Shown piece by piece: positions 39,972 through 48,797 of a stretch of 64,000 nucleotides of DNA. Every line of letters begins with the position of its first letter. The first letter of the stretch is position 1. A program made the position numbers and the translations under genes. The DNA is from a virus (taxonomy: Duplodnaviria > Caudoviricetes): positions 1 through 64,000 of the IMG/VR virus record IMGVR_UViG_3300037454_001182, one strand, 5' to 3'. The notes under the pieces were generated by a model. The model was not told the origin of the DNA. It saw only the letters and a program-made list of their open reading frames with translations, and did not search any database.

Positions 39972-40290
39972 ACACGTTCAATCTGGATTCAACGATGGTG
40001 GATTCACCCTGTCTATACACACTAACCTCAACAATATCTTTGGCAGTATTGAAGATGCCAGAAAGATTATGCTTGATGGTCTCATCAATCAGCATACGCA
40101 AGGCTTTACGGCTTGACTTTTCATTATTCTCACGCTTGAACTTACGGAGTTCATTTTTCGTGATTTCATGACCTATGCCGATGGCTTTGGCCTCATAGTG
40201 TTCATAGATGGGAACTACGGCCGATATAGCGGCCTCTGGATTCAGTTTCATTGCCCACTTGGTGAGTAGGGCGGCTAACTTTTTCTTCAT
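39895..40290 (-). CDS. Hypothetical protein
   Basis: 131 aa directly after the portal gene. Confidence 0.55.
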   Translation of the reverse strand: MKKKLAALLTKWAMKLNPEAAISAVVPIYEHYEAKAIGIGHEITKNELRKFKRENNEKSSRKALRMLIDETIKHNLSGIFNTAKDIVEVSVYRQGESTIVESRLNVYVKKADQDTEPEPEAETGGGESPMP

Positions 40291-40301
40291 ACTATTTCGG
40301 A

Positions 40302-41765
40302 TTACATTACTACTTGATTGCTCATTGCAAAGGCATCGGCCTTGGTCTGTGCCGTGGCCTTTTCCTCTTTCTGAATCTGCTCTAACGTCTGCTGTGCGTT
40401 GTCGCTCATGCCGTAACGCTCGATGGATTCCAGTTGGCTTTCGATGGGCTTGCCACCGTTGGCCACCTTACGCTTGTTAATCTCTGCCAGTTCGTCATTC
40501 TGGATGAAAGGCGATATGATATGCTCACAGGTGATTGCGTCAATGTCTGCGGCCCACTTGTTATTCATGCACTTCAAGAATGCCTTGATAACATTGAACT
40601 CACGCTCCAGAAACTCTATCCAGATTCCAGACATTTCACCAATCTTCAAGTGCGCATCTGTGAGCATCGTCTGACGGGCATCAAAGCCGATGTTGCCCAG
40701 ACCTTTCATGTTCTCGAAAGATATGTCTGGTATCTGCGCTTGCATCCAGTAGAGTTTGAGCATGGTGTCAACATGGTACTTCAAAGCCTCGATAGCCTGC
40801 TGCCATGCGACATATCCCACATCACCGCCATTCTCGACGCGGAAGATTCTACGGCTTTCGCCCTTATCCTCTTTGCCTTTCATGCCGCCAATGATTTTGA
40901 GGATGGGGGCAGAGTTGTAGGCTATGACGTTGGAGTTTCTGGAAAGTGTGTACTCTATCTCTTTGCGTAGTCCAGTCAGTCCATGATAGACAGGCTTCGG
41001 CAACCATGCGTAAGCACCGGGAATCTTCACAATCTGGATTTCATCACCGTGGACTTCCTCACCCTCATCTGAGGTTCTGGCCGTAACCTCTTCCCAGTCA
41101 CCACCTGTCAACTCTTGCCTCCAGATATAGTGACGGTCGGCTGTGTACGTCTCAAAGTAGGTGATACTCTTATCCTTGATTTTCTTGGTGTACTCAAATG
41201 ACATCGACAACATATCATCCATTTCGTCAATGATGGGGTACAACTTTGTGCCGTTCATTGGCGAGTACGTCTTACATTTGAGTTTCCATTTGGAATCAAA
41301 GCCATACAGGGTGTTAGGCTTCTTTACCGCATACCAGATAGTGAACACTTCACAGGCTGCATACAAATCAAGTCCACGCTTCAAGTTCTCAGAATCAATG
41401 CGGACGTTTTTGTAGATAGCCTCTAAAGCCTTAACGATGGCCTGTCTGGTCTCATTGGGCGAACCATCATCATTCGTGGTGTTGGAATAAACACGCTTGA
41501 CAGGCAGGGCAAAAGTGAACTCTGCCATACGCTTTGCCAACAGTTTTTCCAGTCCGATGCTGATACGTGCTGAAGGTTCTGTTGTACCGTCCGACCGCGT
41601 TTTGTCTTTGAGCGTAGTTGTGTCAGTACAAATCTCATGCTTGGTCGGCTCATAATCTTCAACCAGTTTTTCCCAATCGGGAACTGGAACGGATTTCTCT
41701 TTGAGGTCAGCGATAATTTCACTGGCCTTTCGAGTAAAGTCAATGATGGATGATATATCGGCCAT
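40302..41765 (-). CDS. Portal protein (SPP1 gp6-like)
   Basis: 487 aa; IYKNVRIDSEN, GNIGFDARQTMLTDAHLK; position between terminase and MuF. Confidence 0.85.
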   Translation of the reverse strand: MADISSIIDFTRKASEIIADLKEKSVPVPDWEKLVEDYEPTKHEICTDTTTLKDKTRSDGTTEPSARISIGLEKLLAKRMAEFTFALPVKRVYSNTTNDDGSPNETRQAIVKALEAIYKNVRIDSENLKRGLDLYAACEVFTIWYAVKKPNTLYGFDSKWKLKCKTYSPMNGTKLYPIIDEMDDMLSMSFEYTKKIKDKSITYFETYTADRHYIWRQELTGGDWEEVTARTSDEGEEVHGDEIQIVKIPGAYAWLPKPVYHGLTGLRKEIEYTLSRNSNVIAYNSAPILKIIGGMKGKEDKGESRRIFRVENGGDVGYVAWQQAIEALKYHVDTMLKLYWMQAQIPDISFENMKGLGNIGFDARQTMLTDAHLKIGEMSGIWIEFLEREFNVIKAFLKCMNNKWAADIDAITCEHIISPFIQNDELAEINKRKVANGGKPIESQLESIERYGMSDNAQQTLEQIQKEEKATAQTKADAFAMSNQVVM

Positions 41766-41792
41766 TTTTCAAAAAAGTTGTAATTACGACCG

Positions 41793-41824
41793 CAAAGGTA
41801 CACAATTTATTTGAATAACAAATA
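41793..41824 (-). promoter_or_regulatory. Late-type promoter of the portal block with 17-bp operator
   Basis: TACCTTTG at 41793-41800; TATTTGAATAACAAATA at 41808-41824. Confidence 0.75.
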
Positions 41825-41845
41825 AAATTAACTATAAAAATCAAT

Positions 41846-41871
41846 AAAAGGCGCACTTTCGCACACCTTTT
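41846..41871 (-). terminator. Intrinsic terminator ending the early-type cassette
   Basis: AAAAGGTGTGC-GAAA-GTGCGCCTTTT. Confidence 0.75.
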
Positions 41872-41900
41872 ACTGTAAACACCCCGATTTTTGCAGGTTC

Positions 41901-42095
41901 TTATGCCCTCTGGAACTCTCTATGTCGCGCTAATTGGCTACGATAGCCCTCCATGCAACGCTTCATGTAACTTGTGGCTGCATACCTCGTTGGATTGGTC
42001 ATGTACGGCTCTGTCTTATACAGGTTGATTTCCCTGCGACACGTCCACATCTGCTGAATGAGCCATACTTCTGTTTGCGTCTTTTGTCGTTTCAT
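41901..42095 (-). CDS. Hypothetical protein (start revised to 42095)
   Basis: AAGAGCA-ATG lies at an in-frame internal Met of track ORF 41901..42143. Confidence 0.55.
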   Translation of the reverse strand: MKRQKTQTEVWLIQQMWTCRREINLYKTEPYMTNPTRYAATSYMKRCMEGYRSQLARHREFQRA

Positions 42096-42161
42096 TGCTC
42101 TTCGATTTAGATGTATCAAGATAGCCGATAATACGACCATCATAGAAAGAACGAATAGGTC

Positions 42162-42803
42162 TCATGCCCATAACTTCACGGCTGTATCGTAATTCTTCTG
42201 GGCTTCATTAACGGCTTTCTTGGCATAGGTCAGAGAGTAGGCATGTTCGCGCTCAATCTTACCCTCTTTCATGGCTTGATGGTATGCCTTGGCCTTTTCC
42301 AGAATCTCAGCGTAATACTGTATGCTCTCTGGCATTGACAGGTTGATGTCCTCAGTGTGACGTTCCCAACCCTCGGCCTTGTCACGGTAGGCTTCTGCCT
42401 TATCCATTTCAGCGGCCATCTTTCCAGTGTTGCGCCATGCGTCCTCAATGGCTTTGCGGTGTCTGCGCTCAGAATGATGTCCGACTTTGATAGGCTCTCC
42501 CAGAGAGAGGAAAGCTGCATCTTTGTTGGACTTGTCGAAATACTCACCTGCGCGTCTGTCTGCATTGGCGGCTGCTTGCTCGTACTTCTCGACTTTCCGT
42601 TTGGCTCTCTCCTGGCAGTTGTAGCCATCAGCCCGAACGATGGAGTAGTAGAAAAATCCACCACGTTCTGCCACGAGGTTGTAAACGATGTGTTCATTCT
42701 CTTTGCCGTACTTTGTAGTTACGGTGATGATTTCGCCTCTTTCGTGCCTCTCTTCGCATTTTGCTACAAATACGTTGGGGCAATACTTTTGATACGTGTT
42801 CAT
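42162..42803 (-). CDS. DUF3560 domain protein
   Basis: GEPIKVGHHSERRHRKAIE. Confidence 0.75.
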   Translation of the reverse strand: MNTYQKYCPNVFVAKCEERHERGEIITVTTKYGKENEHIVYNLVAERGGFFYYSIVRADGYNCQERAKRKVEKYEQAAANADRRAGEYFDKSNKDAAFLSLGEPIKVGHHSERRHRKAIEDAWRNTGKMAAEMDKAEAYRDKAEGWERHTEDINLSMPESIQYYAEILEKAKAYHQAMKEGKIEREHAYSLTYAKKAVNEAQKNYDTAVKLWA

Positions 42804-42826
42804 TGCTCTTACTTTTTATAGGGTTA

Positions 42827-43129
42827 CTACTTAATTGTCACTTTCACTGGTTGAACGTCCTCGATGATGTCATTTACCCATGTGATAGCCTTGATAGGCT
42901 CCAATGTCTCGCGGTAGTTCTCAGTATCATACTTGAACTCGATTTCATACAGGGTGCCCGGCTCTCCCTCAAAGAGTATCGACCAGTAGCCATCACTCCA
43001 ACACTCATTGCTGATTTCGTAGGCTTGATTCTTCTGGCTGTTGCTCAACTCGTTCAGACAGTCATTGATAATCGCTGTTCTCTTAACGGTCTCACCGTTA
43101 CTCTGGAACTGAATCTTAATCGTTTTCAT
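42827..43129 (-). CDS. Hypothetical acidic protein (start revised to 43129)
   Basis: AAGAGCA-ATG at an in-frame Met; promoter P3 lies inside the longer track ORF. Confidence 0.6.
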   Translation of the reverse strand: MKTIKIQFQSNGETVKRTAIINDCLNELSNSQKNQAYEISNECWSDGYWSILFEGEPGTLYEIEFKYDTENYRETLEPIKAITWVNDIIEDVQPVKVTIK

Positions 43130-43149
43130 TGCTCTTATTCTTAATTGAT

Positions 43150-43231
43150 TTCTATACTGCAAAGATAACCATTTTTTCTGAATTATCAAAACCGATTGAA
43201 CTCTATTTTTAACCGACCAACTCTTTTTAAC
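43150..43231 (-). promoter_or_regulatory. Early-type repeated promoter P3
   Basis: -7 box at 43160-43167; upstream box CCAACTCTTTTTAAC at 43217-43231. Confidence 0.75.
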
Positions 43232-43578
43232 AATATGGGAAACAGCGACTTTAATCGCTGCTCCATGCGCCTTTGATTACTGGTACGCTTCCAGAGGATG
43301 ATTAAGCGTTCACTCTGCTGTCTGGGTGATACGTGCGACCACGGTTTCTACGGTTTTCTCCTTTGCCCCATCGGTATAAGTTCGGAGGCGTTGACTGGTT
43401 ACGAGCTTTTCCTTGCCCCGACTGTCGGCCTGTCTGGTCGCCGCATCGCTTTCAAGTTCCTGTTTTTGTTTCAGAGGATGAGTGCAACTTCAAAGGTGCT
43501 AACGAAAATGCGGATAACTCACCCTAACCCTAATGAGAGGTTTGTTGGTGCCCGAGGCTCGAACTCAGGCGCACAGCC

Positions 43579-44034
43579 TTACTGATTCACCATCGGAGTG
43601 ACTAACTCCGTAATACCACGCTTGACCGTTTTCTTTGGGGCTTCCAGTTGGTCACAGATGGCGATTCTTTTTCCAGCCCTTACCAGTTTGGGCAGGTAGG
43701 TATCAAGGGCATGGTGAGGGAACCCGGCCATTGCACCGCGATATGTCTTGTAGTCTGGTCTGACATTTCTACGCCATGTCAGAGTGATACCCAGAATGTC
43801 TGCACATGTCTTGGCATCCTCATTGTAGGATTCATAGAAATCACTGACACGGAATAAAAGCACTGCGTCTGGATGCTTACTCTTGATGTCGTAATACTGC
43901 TTCATCATTGGCGAAAGCGTTGTCATATCAACAACCTTTGCACTGGTCTCTGTCTGCTCCATACTAATCTTCAGTAAATTGGTTACAACTGTCGCCCCTC
44001 GATGTGGAACGCTCATACTTATCTGAACTCTCAT
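43579..44034 (-). CDS. Stand-alone MutS domain I protein (likely start 43962)
   Basis: [28 protein letters not shown]...[27 protein letters not shown]. Confidence 0.85.
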   Translation of the reverse strand: MRVQISMSVPHRGATVVTNLLKISMEQTETSAKVVDMTTLSPMMKQYYDIKSKHPDAVLLFRVSDFYESYNEDAKTCADILGITLTWRRNVRPDYKTYRGAMAGFPHHALDTYLPKLVRAGKRIAICDQLEAPKKTVKRGITELVTPMVNQ

Positions 44035-44103
44035 TCGTGCATTCGTAGTAGTGATAACCCATGCACTTCCAGAACTTGCAATTTTCGCAACAGTCTTTCA
44101 TAA

Positions 44104-44457
44104 TCATGCCTCCCCATATAAGCGGTTAATGAACTTTTCCAGATAGCACTCATCTTTCATTTCAGACAATGGCTTCGGATTGTGGCAGATGTCTCTCTCA
44201 ACACCGCAACCCCAACTATTCTTCAAGTTCTGGAGTTCGGTAAGGCTGAAATACCCATACTCACATTCTCCATACCCATTGACTACGATTCCAAAAGCCA
44301 GATTCTCTTTTAGGTCGGCTTCCAACACATACCAGGTATGCGCCCCACCAGTGAGGAAATACTTAACTACGCAAATGGCATTTTGCTTTTTGTCGCTCTG
44401 GGAGTACAGCGGAAATTTCGCTAACTCCTTTTCTACTTGTTTCGTGACTAATTTCAT
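44104..44457 (-). CDS. DUF2958-like protein
   Basis: KYFLTGGAHTWYVLE...EYGYFSLTEL...VERD. Confidence 0.7.
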   Translation of the reverse strand: MKLVTKQVEKELAKFPLYSQSDKKQNAICVVKYFLTGGAHTWYVLEADLKENLAFGIVVNGYGECEYGYFSLTELQNLKNSWGCGVERDICHNPKPLSEMKDECYLEKFINRLYGEA

Positions 44458-44479
44458 TGCTCTTACTGCTATGTGGTTA

Positions 44480-44764
44480 TTACTTTACTTCCAACTCATC
44501 CAGAGAGATTTCTTCAAAACTTCCTGGCCAGTTGTAGATGGGCGTTGTGTCAAATGCTCCATACTCTACTATCTCTAACTCATCGCCCTGTATCTCCCAG
44601 ATGTCACCATTCTCATTACCATCACTATCCTCATACATGATGGCAATGTTAGTGAAATTGGCAGTCTCTTCAACATAGAGACCTGTGAACTCTAAACCAT
44701 TTTCTTTGAGGTTGGCAATCAGTTCCTCGACCTTTGCTTTCAGTTGTGCTGTAATTGATTTCAT
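44480..44764 (-). CDS. Acidic hypothetical protein
   Basis: 94 aa; AAGAGCA-ATG start. Confidence 0.6.
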   Translation of the reverse strand: MKSITAQLKAKVEELIANLKENGLEFTGLYVEETANFTNIAIMYEDSDGNENGDIWEIQGDELEIVEYGAFDTTPIYNWPGSFEEISLDELEVK

Positions 44765-44800
44765 TGCTCTTGAATTTTGAAAGTTATTATCTTTATTATT

Positions 44801-44878
44801 GTACTACAAAGATAGCGTTTTTTTCTGAATTATCAAAACGAATGAACCTTTATTTTCAACTGACCAACTCTTTTTAAC
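44801..44878 (-). promoter_or_regulatory. Early-type repeated promoter P4
   Basis: -7 box at 44807-44814; upstream box at 44864-44878. Confidence 0.75.
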
Positions 44879-44886
44879 TCTTGAAA

Positions 44887-45117
44887 TTAGAGATACTTTT
44901 GAGCGAGTATCACCTTTGCCTCTTCCAGTATGGAATCAGTATTGATGCCCAAACTCTGGTAGAACTGACCGCCACCGTTCAACGTCTCACTGGCTATCTG
45001 GATGGTTCTGCGCTCATCACGGCTAAACCCCATTCGGAATGTCCGAAAGACAGCCAGAGCCTCGCGCATCCGGCCATCTTTCAGTAGGGCAACAGCTTTA
45101 CTGGTTTTCGTTTCCAT
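44887..45117 (-). CDS. Hypothetical protein (likely start 45117, METKTS)
   Basis: In frame within track ORF 44887..45153. Confidence 0.55.
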   Translation of the reverse strand: METKTSKAVALLKDGRMREALAVFRTFRMGFSRDERRTIQIASETLNGGGQFYQSLGINTDSILEEAKVILAQKYL

Positions 45118-45277
45118 GAACAACGTAGATTTCGTGACCCTCAAAGTCACCACTGTCTAACACTATCTCTGAGGCTTTCCACTGTGCTTCGACCTTATCC
45201 CAAGCCTCATCGGAACTATTGGCCTCGACCTCTACCGTTCTGGATAGGGTCTCAATGATTTTCACTTTGTACGTCAT
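45098..45277 (-). CDS. DpnD/PcfM-like 59-aa protein, absent from the ORF track
   Basis: MTYKVKIIETLSRTVEVEANSSDEAWDKVEAQWKASEIVLDSGDF...; ATGA overlap with the upstream gene. Confidence 0.7.
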   Translation of the reverse strand: MTYKVKIIETLSRTVEVEANSSDEAWDKVEAQWKASEIVLDSGDFEGHEIYVVHGNENQ

Positions 45278-45555
45278 AACTGCTTTTTATATGGGTCATA
45301 AACTTCTTCAGTATGGGTAAACTCATACGGCTCACCGTCAATTCTCAACACTATTGCGCCATGTTCCAGAGCGGCCTCAACCGTATCAAATGGATAATCA
45401 CAACCATCAACATGACAATTATACTTATCCTCATACCATCTACCGGGACAATCAATCTGGAATGCTATGCGTTCCACTATCTTTCTGCCAGACTTGTACT
45501 GCGTTGTAATCCAGATGTGGTTATCTACAACTGGATGAACAATATATGTCTTCAT
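45274..45555 (-). CDS. Hypothetical protein
   Basis: 93 aa, tightly packed. Confidence 0.55.
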   Translation of the reverse strand: MKTYIVHPVVDNHIWITTQYKSGRKIVERIAFQIDCPGRWYEDKYNCHVDGCDYPFDTVEAALEHGAIVLRIDGEPYEFTHTEEVYDPYKKQL

Positions 45556-45557
45556 AT

Positions 45558-46076
45558 CTAAAACGATGGGTCAATGTAATGTCTGCGGAAACCGACTGTC
45601 AGTGTCACACTACCGAACTTCTTAGGTTGGCCCTCTTCAACCCATTTGCCATTCTTGCGCAAGGTGAACGTGTGCTTTCCCATATACTCGGCAATGGAAT
45701 CCAGAACCTTGTAACGGCCACCGTAGTAGTCTAAACATTCAGTCTCATTTTCCTGTACTATGATTTTCTTTGGACTTACAACCTCTACGATGGTCATAGC
45801 CCTGTGGTCACTCCAGAGGTTCATTGTGGCACCGAGGCCGACTTTCAATTCTGGATTGGATTCAGCAAACACCTCGGCTGCAACCTCCGGCCAATCTTCA
45901 CGCTTCCATCTGGTCAGAAACTCATTCATAAAGTAGTCGAAGTCATAGCCATTCAACTTGCACACATCGGCATCATGGCGCATTTCTTCCAACTGGCTTT
46001 CTGTCAGTTCAATGGTGTAGGCTTTGCCATCCCACATCTTTGTTTTGGTCTTTACAACCGTTTCTTTTGTTTCCAT
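45558..46076 (-). CDS. Hypothetical protein
   Basis: 172 aa; AAGAGCA-ATG start. Confidence 0.6.
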   Translation of the reverse strand: METKETVVKTKTKMWDGKAYTIELTESQLEEMRHDADVCKLNGYDFDYFMNEFLTRWKREDWPEVAAEVFAESNPELKVGLGATMNLWSDHRAMTIVEVVSPKKIIVQENETECLDYYGGRYKVLDSIAEYMGKHTFTLRKNGKWVEEGQPKKFGSVTLTVGFRRHYIDPSF

Positions 46077-46087
46077 TGCTCTTTGAT

Positions 46088-46411
46088 TTAGAATATTAAC
46101 TTTCGTGCGATTGGGCAGTTGGCATACGCCTTGACCAATCTTTGCTCTTCTTTCTTGAATGCCCTGTTGTGGGTGGCGTTACCATCATTCTCAATGAGTA
46201 TCTGGTGGGCTACCTCATGACAGAGTGCGTAGGCAGCACCGATACAGATTCTTGCGAGGTCTATGCTGATGGAATAAACACGCTTTCCAGAATAGGTGCA
46301 ACAGGCACCGCCCTTTCCAACTCGCTTGAACCGCAAAGGCTTCTGGGTGATTTTCTCTGTCTGGCAGATGAACTTGTAAAGTTCTTGCAGGGTAAGCATA
46401 TCTTTCTCCAT
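46088..46411 (-). CDS. Small SprT-like zinc metallopeptidase
   Basis: LCHEVAH...THNRAFKK. Confidence 0.65.
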   Translation of the reverse strand: MEKDMLTLQELYKFICQTEKITQKPLRFKRVGKGGACCTYSGKRVYSISIDLARICIGAAYALCHEVAHQILIENDGNATHNRAFKKEEQRLVKAYANCPIARKLIF

Positions 46412-46423
46412 GACTTCGGGCGT

Positions 46424-46690
46424 TTAGAGTGAATCAATATATAAGTTCTTAACCTCTCCACTGGCAATCATTGAGGCAACTTTCTCATTGATTGCGTCCA
46501 GTCCGATGATGTCCTGGCTGTCATGCTGCTCAACCTTGATAAGATGAAACTGCCTGTCTGATTTCAGCAACTCAATCACGCATTCACCGTTGACGGTCTC
46601 AATGACTATCTGCTGCTTCCAAGGGTCATACTGGTAAGCCATCTTATCGTACTTCTTTTGAAGTGACTTTGTTTCTTTTGTCTGTCTCAT
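46424..46690 (-). CDS. Hypothetical protein
   Basis: 88 aa; AAGAGCA-ATG start; first gene after P5. Confidence 0.6.
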   Translation of the reverse strand: MRQTKETKSLQKKYDKMAYQYDPWKQQIVIETVNGECVIELLKSDRQFHLIKVEQHDSQDIIGLDAINEKVASMIASGEVKNLYIDSL

Positions 46691-46707
46691 TGCTCTTATA
46701 GTTTGAA

Positions 46708-46790
46708 TTTCTATACTGCAAAGATAGCGATTTTTTCTGAATTATCAAAACGGAAAACTCTTTATTTTCGCCTTGCCAACTCTTTTTAAC
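46708..46790 (-). promoter_or_regulatory. Early-type repeated promoter P5
   Basis: -7 box at 46719-46726; upstream box at 46776-46790. Confidence 0.75.
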
Positions 46791-46794
46791 CAAT

Positions 46795-46866
46795 AAAAAA
46801 GGTGTGTCCTAACTTCACAGTCGAGACACACTAAGAGCAATGAAATCGTCAAAAGAAACGATTTCG
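46795..46866 (-). ncRNA. Candidate antisense sRNA (sRNA-1), about 70 nt
   Basis: -7 TAATTTTG at 46871-46878; 8-bp hairpin 46842-46865; single-stranded AUUGCUCUUA; terminator hairpin 46802-46831 with a GUGA loop and U6. Confidence 0.65.
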
Positions 46867-46908
46867 GCTGCAAAATTACAAAATAATATTCAAACCATCT
46901 AATTTTTG

Positions 46909-48420
46909 CTACAAAATATCTTTCTCAATATCTTCATCGTCTGAAAAATCGTAGTCACGCGGATAGAACGTGTTGGCCAACGCATCGAATTTGTCTGGTG
47001 AACGCTTCAACCGCTTCTTTATATCATCCTTGCTCTCCATGATGATACTACCGTTACTCTGGAACTTCCAGTGTATTTCTGTGGCTTCCTCAATCAAGCC
47101 ATCGTCTGGAGGCAGTGCCGGATTAAAGCCGTTCTTTGGATTTAGCCAGTCACGGACTGCCCAGAACAGGTAAGCCCTCATGTTGGCAAAGGTGTACTGC
47201 TCTGTGATGTCGGACAGCCCTTTCGTACCCTCAGAGAACTTGCACGAATAGGCATTGGAATACTCCAACTCTTCCAGTCTGGAATAGACACCTGCACCCT
47301 CTCCGATGGTGTCAATGAAAGCCTTTGCGTCTGGGTCTGCAAGATAGGGCGTAGTCATTCCGACAACGTGCATGTGGTCGGCCTTTCCACCAGACTGATG
47401 CACCTTGATTTCTGGAACCCATGAGCCATAGCGAGGCAGCAGAATACTATTGTCACGACCCATACCTGCGACATCGACACCGAGACGGACGGACTTCTTT
47501 GTAGTGAATCCAGATTCTTTCAACTCGTACCACCGTCTGTTTGCCAGTTCCACCCACTCGTAAGGTATGAGTATATCTTCTGCGGCTTTCGGGAACATGC
47601 CCAACACCTTGACCCTAAACAGGTCATTCGGACGGTACATCTTGCCCTCCCAGAAGAAATCACCCTGCCCCTCATCAAACTCTTCCGGCCTAATCGGTGT
47701 GGCCCAATTCTCCACCTTATCCTTGACCCACTCATAATCGACCTGCCCAGGAATGACATTACGCTTCTTTACCACATTCTCAGCATTGAGCGAGTTTAGT
47801 CTGAACTTGTTGAATCGGCCAGACTTCATAGCCTTGGCCGCATATCCAGTTGTGATGTTCGGGTTAAAGACGATCAACAACCGCGAATTACCCTGCAAGT
47901 TACCCTCAATGGCATTGAACGTGTTTTCAGAGATACCCGATGCCTCGGTGACAATAAACATGGTATTGACTGCATGGAATCCAGACCACGCCTCGGTGTT
48001 ATCCTCGGAACTCTTGAATCCTGTCAAGTACCACTCATCATAATTGGTACGGATGCCGTTAGAAAGCAAACGACCGGGCAGGAACTTTGCAGTACGGAAC
48101 AGACGCGCCACCTCTGGAATCATAATGTCCTTTACCTGTCTGCCAGTGGGTGCGGTCATTGCTATCTTGGTATTGCCTACGAGGTTGCCATCCTTGAATC
48201 TGGGTGTGAGATACATAAAACACATCGCAGCGCAAGCGGCCACATAGTCCTTTCCTCTGGCAGTACCAGAGGCTACGGCTGTCATGGGATTGTGCTGCAC
48301 CGAAGAAAGTATTGCCTGTTGCTCTTTGTCGAGATTGGCACGCAATACGTCTCTGGCAAACAGATTCCAGTCGGCTTGCCATTTCTTCAGTTGGTGCTGT
48401 GCTTTTCTGTTGTCTATCAT
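46909..48420 (-). CDS. terL: Terminase large subunit
   Basis: VASGTARGKD Walker A, VTEASG Walker B, LGVDVAGMGRD and RSPDKFDALA nuclease motifs. Confidence 0.92.
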   Translation of the reverse strand: MIDNRKAQHQLKKWQADWNLFARDVLRANLDKEQQAILSSVQHNPMTAVASGTARGKDYVAACAAMCFMYLTPRFKDGNLVGNTKIAMTAPTGRQVKDIMIPEVARLFRTAKFLPGRLLSNGIRTNYDEWYLTGFKSSEDNTEAWSGFHAVNTMFIVTEASGISENTFNAIEGNLQGNSRLLIVFNPNITTGYAAKAMKSGRFNKFRLNSLNAENVVKKRNVIPGQVDYEWVKDKVENWATPIRPEEFDEGQGDFFWEGKMYRPNDLFRVKVLGMFPKAAEDILIPYEWVELANRRWYELKESGFTTKKSVRLGVDVAGMGRDNSILLPRYGSWVPEIKVHQSGGKADHMHVVGMTTPYLADPDAKAFIDTIGEGAGVYSRLEELEYSNAYSCKFSEGTKGLSDITEQYTFANMRAYLFWAVRDWLNPKNGFNPALPPDDGLIEEATEIHWKFQSNGSIIMESKDDIKKRLKRSPDKFDALANTFYPRDYDFSDDEDIEKDIL

Positions 48421-48797
48421 TCTTCTGAATCTTCATCGTCTGGCATTTCTCGCAACAGTTTCTCAAAGGCATTCACATCTACCTCATTCTCCATACGCTC
48501 AATGTAACCACGTTTCTTGCCCTTGGTCTTTAGGTAGAATATGATGGCCGTAGGATTCTCATTGCGAATTAGGGACAGCAACTTACTCTCTGCATAGTCC
48601 AGATTGGATTCGTTCACCTCTTCCACGGCATCGGCAAACTCTGGATTCTTCATCCAGTTATAGTACGTCTGACGCGACACCTTGACTTTGGCACACGCTC
48701 CAGTCACGTTTCCGAGTGACAGCTTCAACGCTTCAAGGAAACGGTTCTGCTCCTTAGAGAGATTTTCATACTTCAACTTCTTAACCGCCATGCTCAA
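48417..48797 (-). CDS. terS: Terminase small subunit (HTH)
   Basis: GNVTGACAKVKVSRQTYYNW; AIIFYLKTKGKKRGY; overlaps the terL start. Confidence 0.8.
   Translation of the reverse strand: MSMAVKKLKYENLSKEQNRFLEALKLSLGNVTGACAKVKVSRQTYYNWMKNPEFADAVEEVNESNLDYAESKLLSLIRNENPTAIIFYLKTKGKKRGYIERMENEVDVNAFEKLLREMPDDEDSEE

Noticed and set aside
46840-46902. + strand mini-ORF MKSSKETISAAKLQNNIQTI starting at AAGAGCA-ATG
   Set aside because: The AAKLQ codons are the reverse of the - strand TAATTTTG promoter; I saw no + strand promoter and all neighbouring transcription is leftward. Ribo-seq would be needed to exclude it completely.
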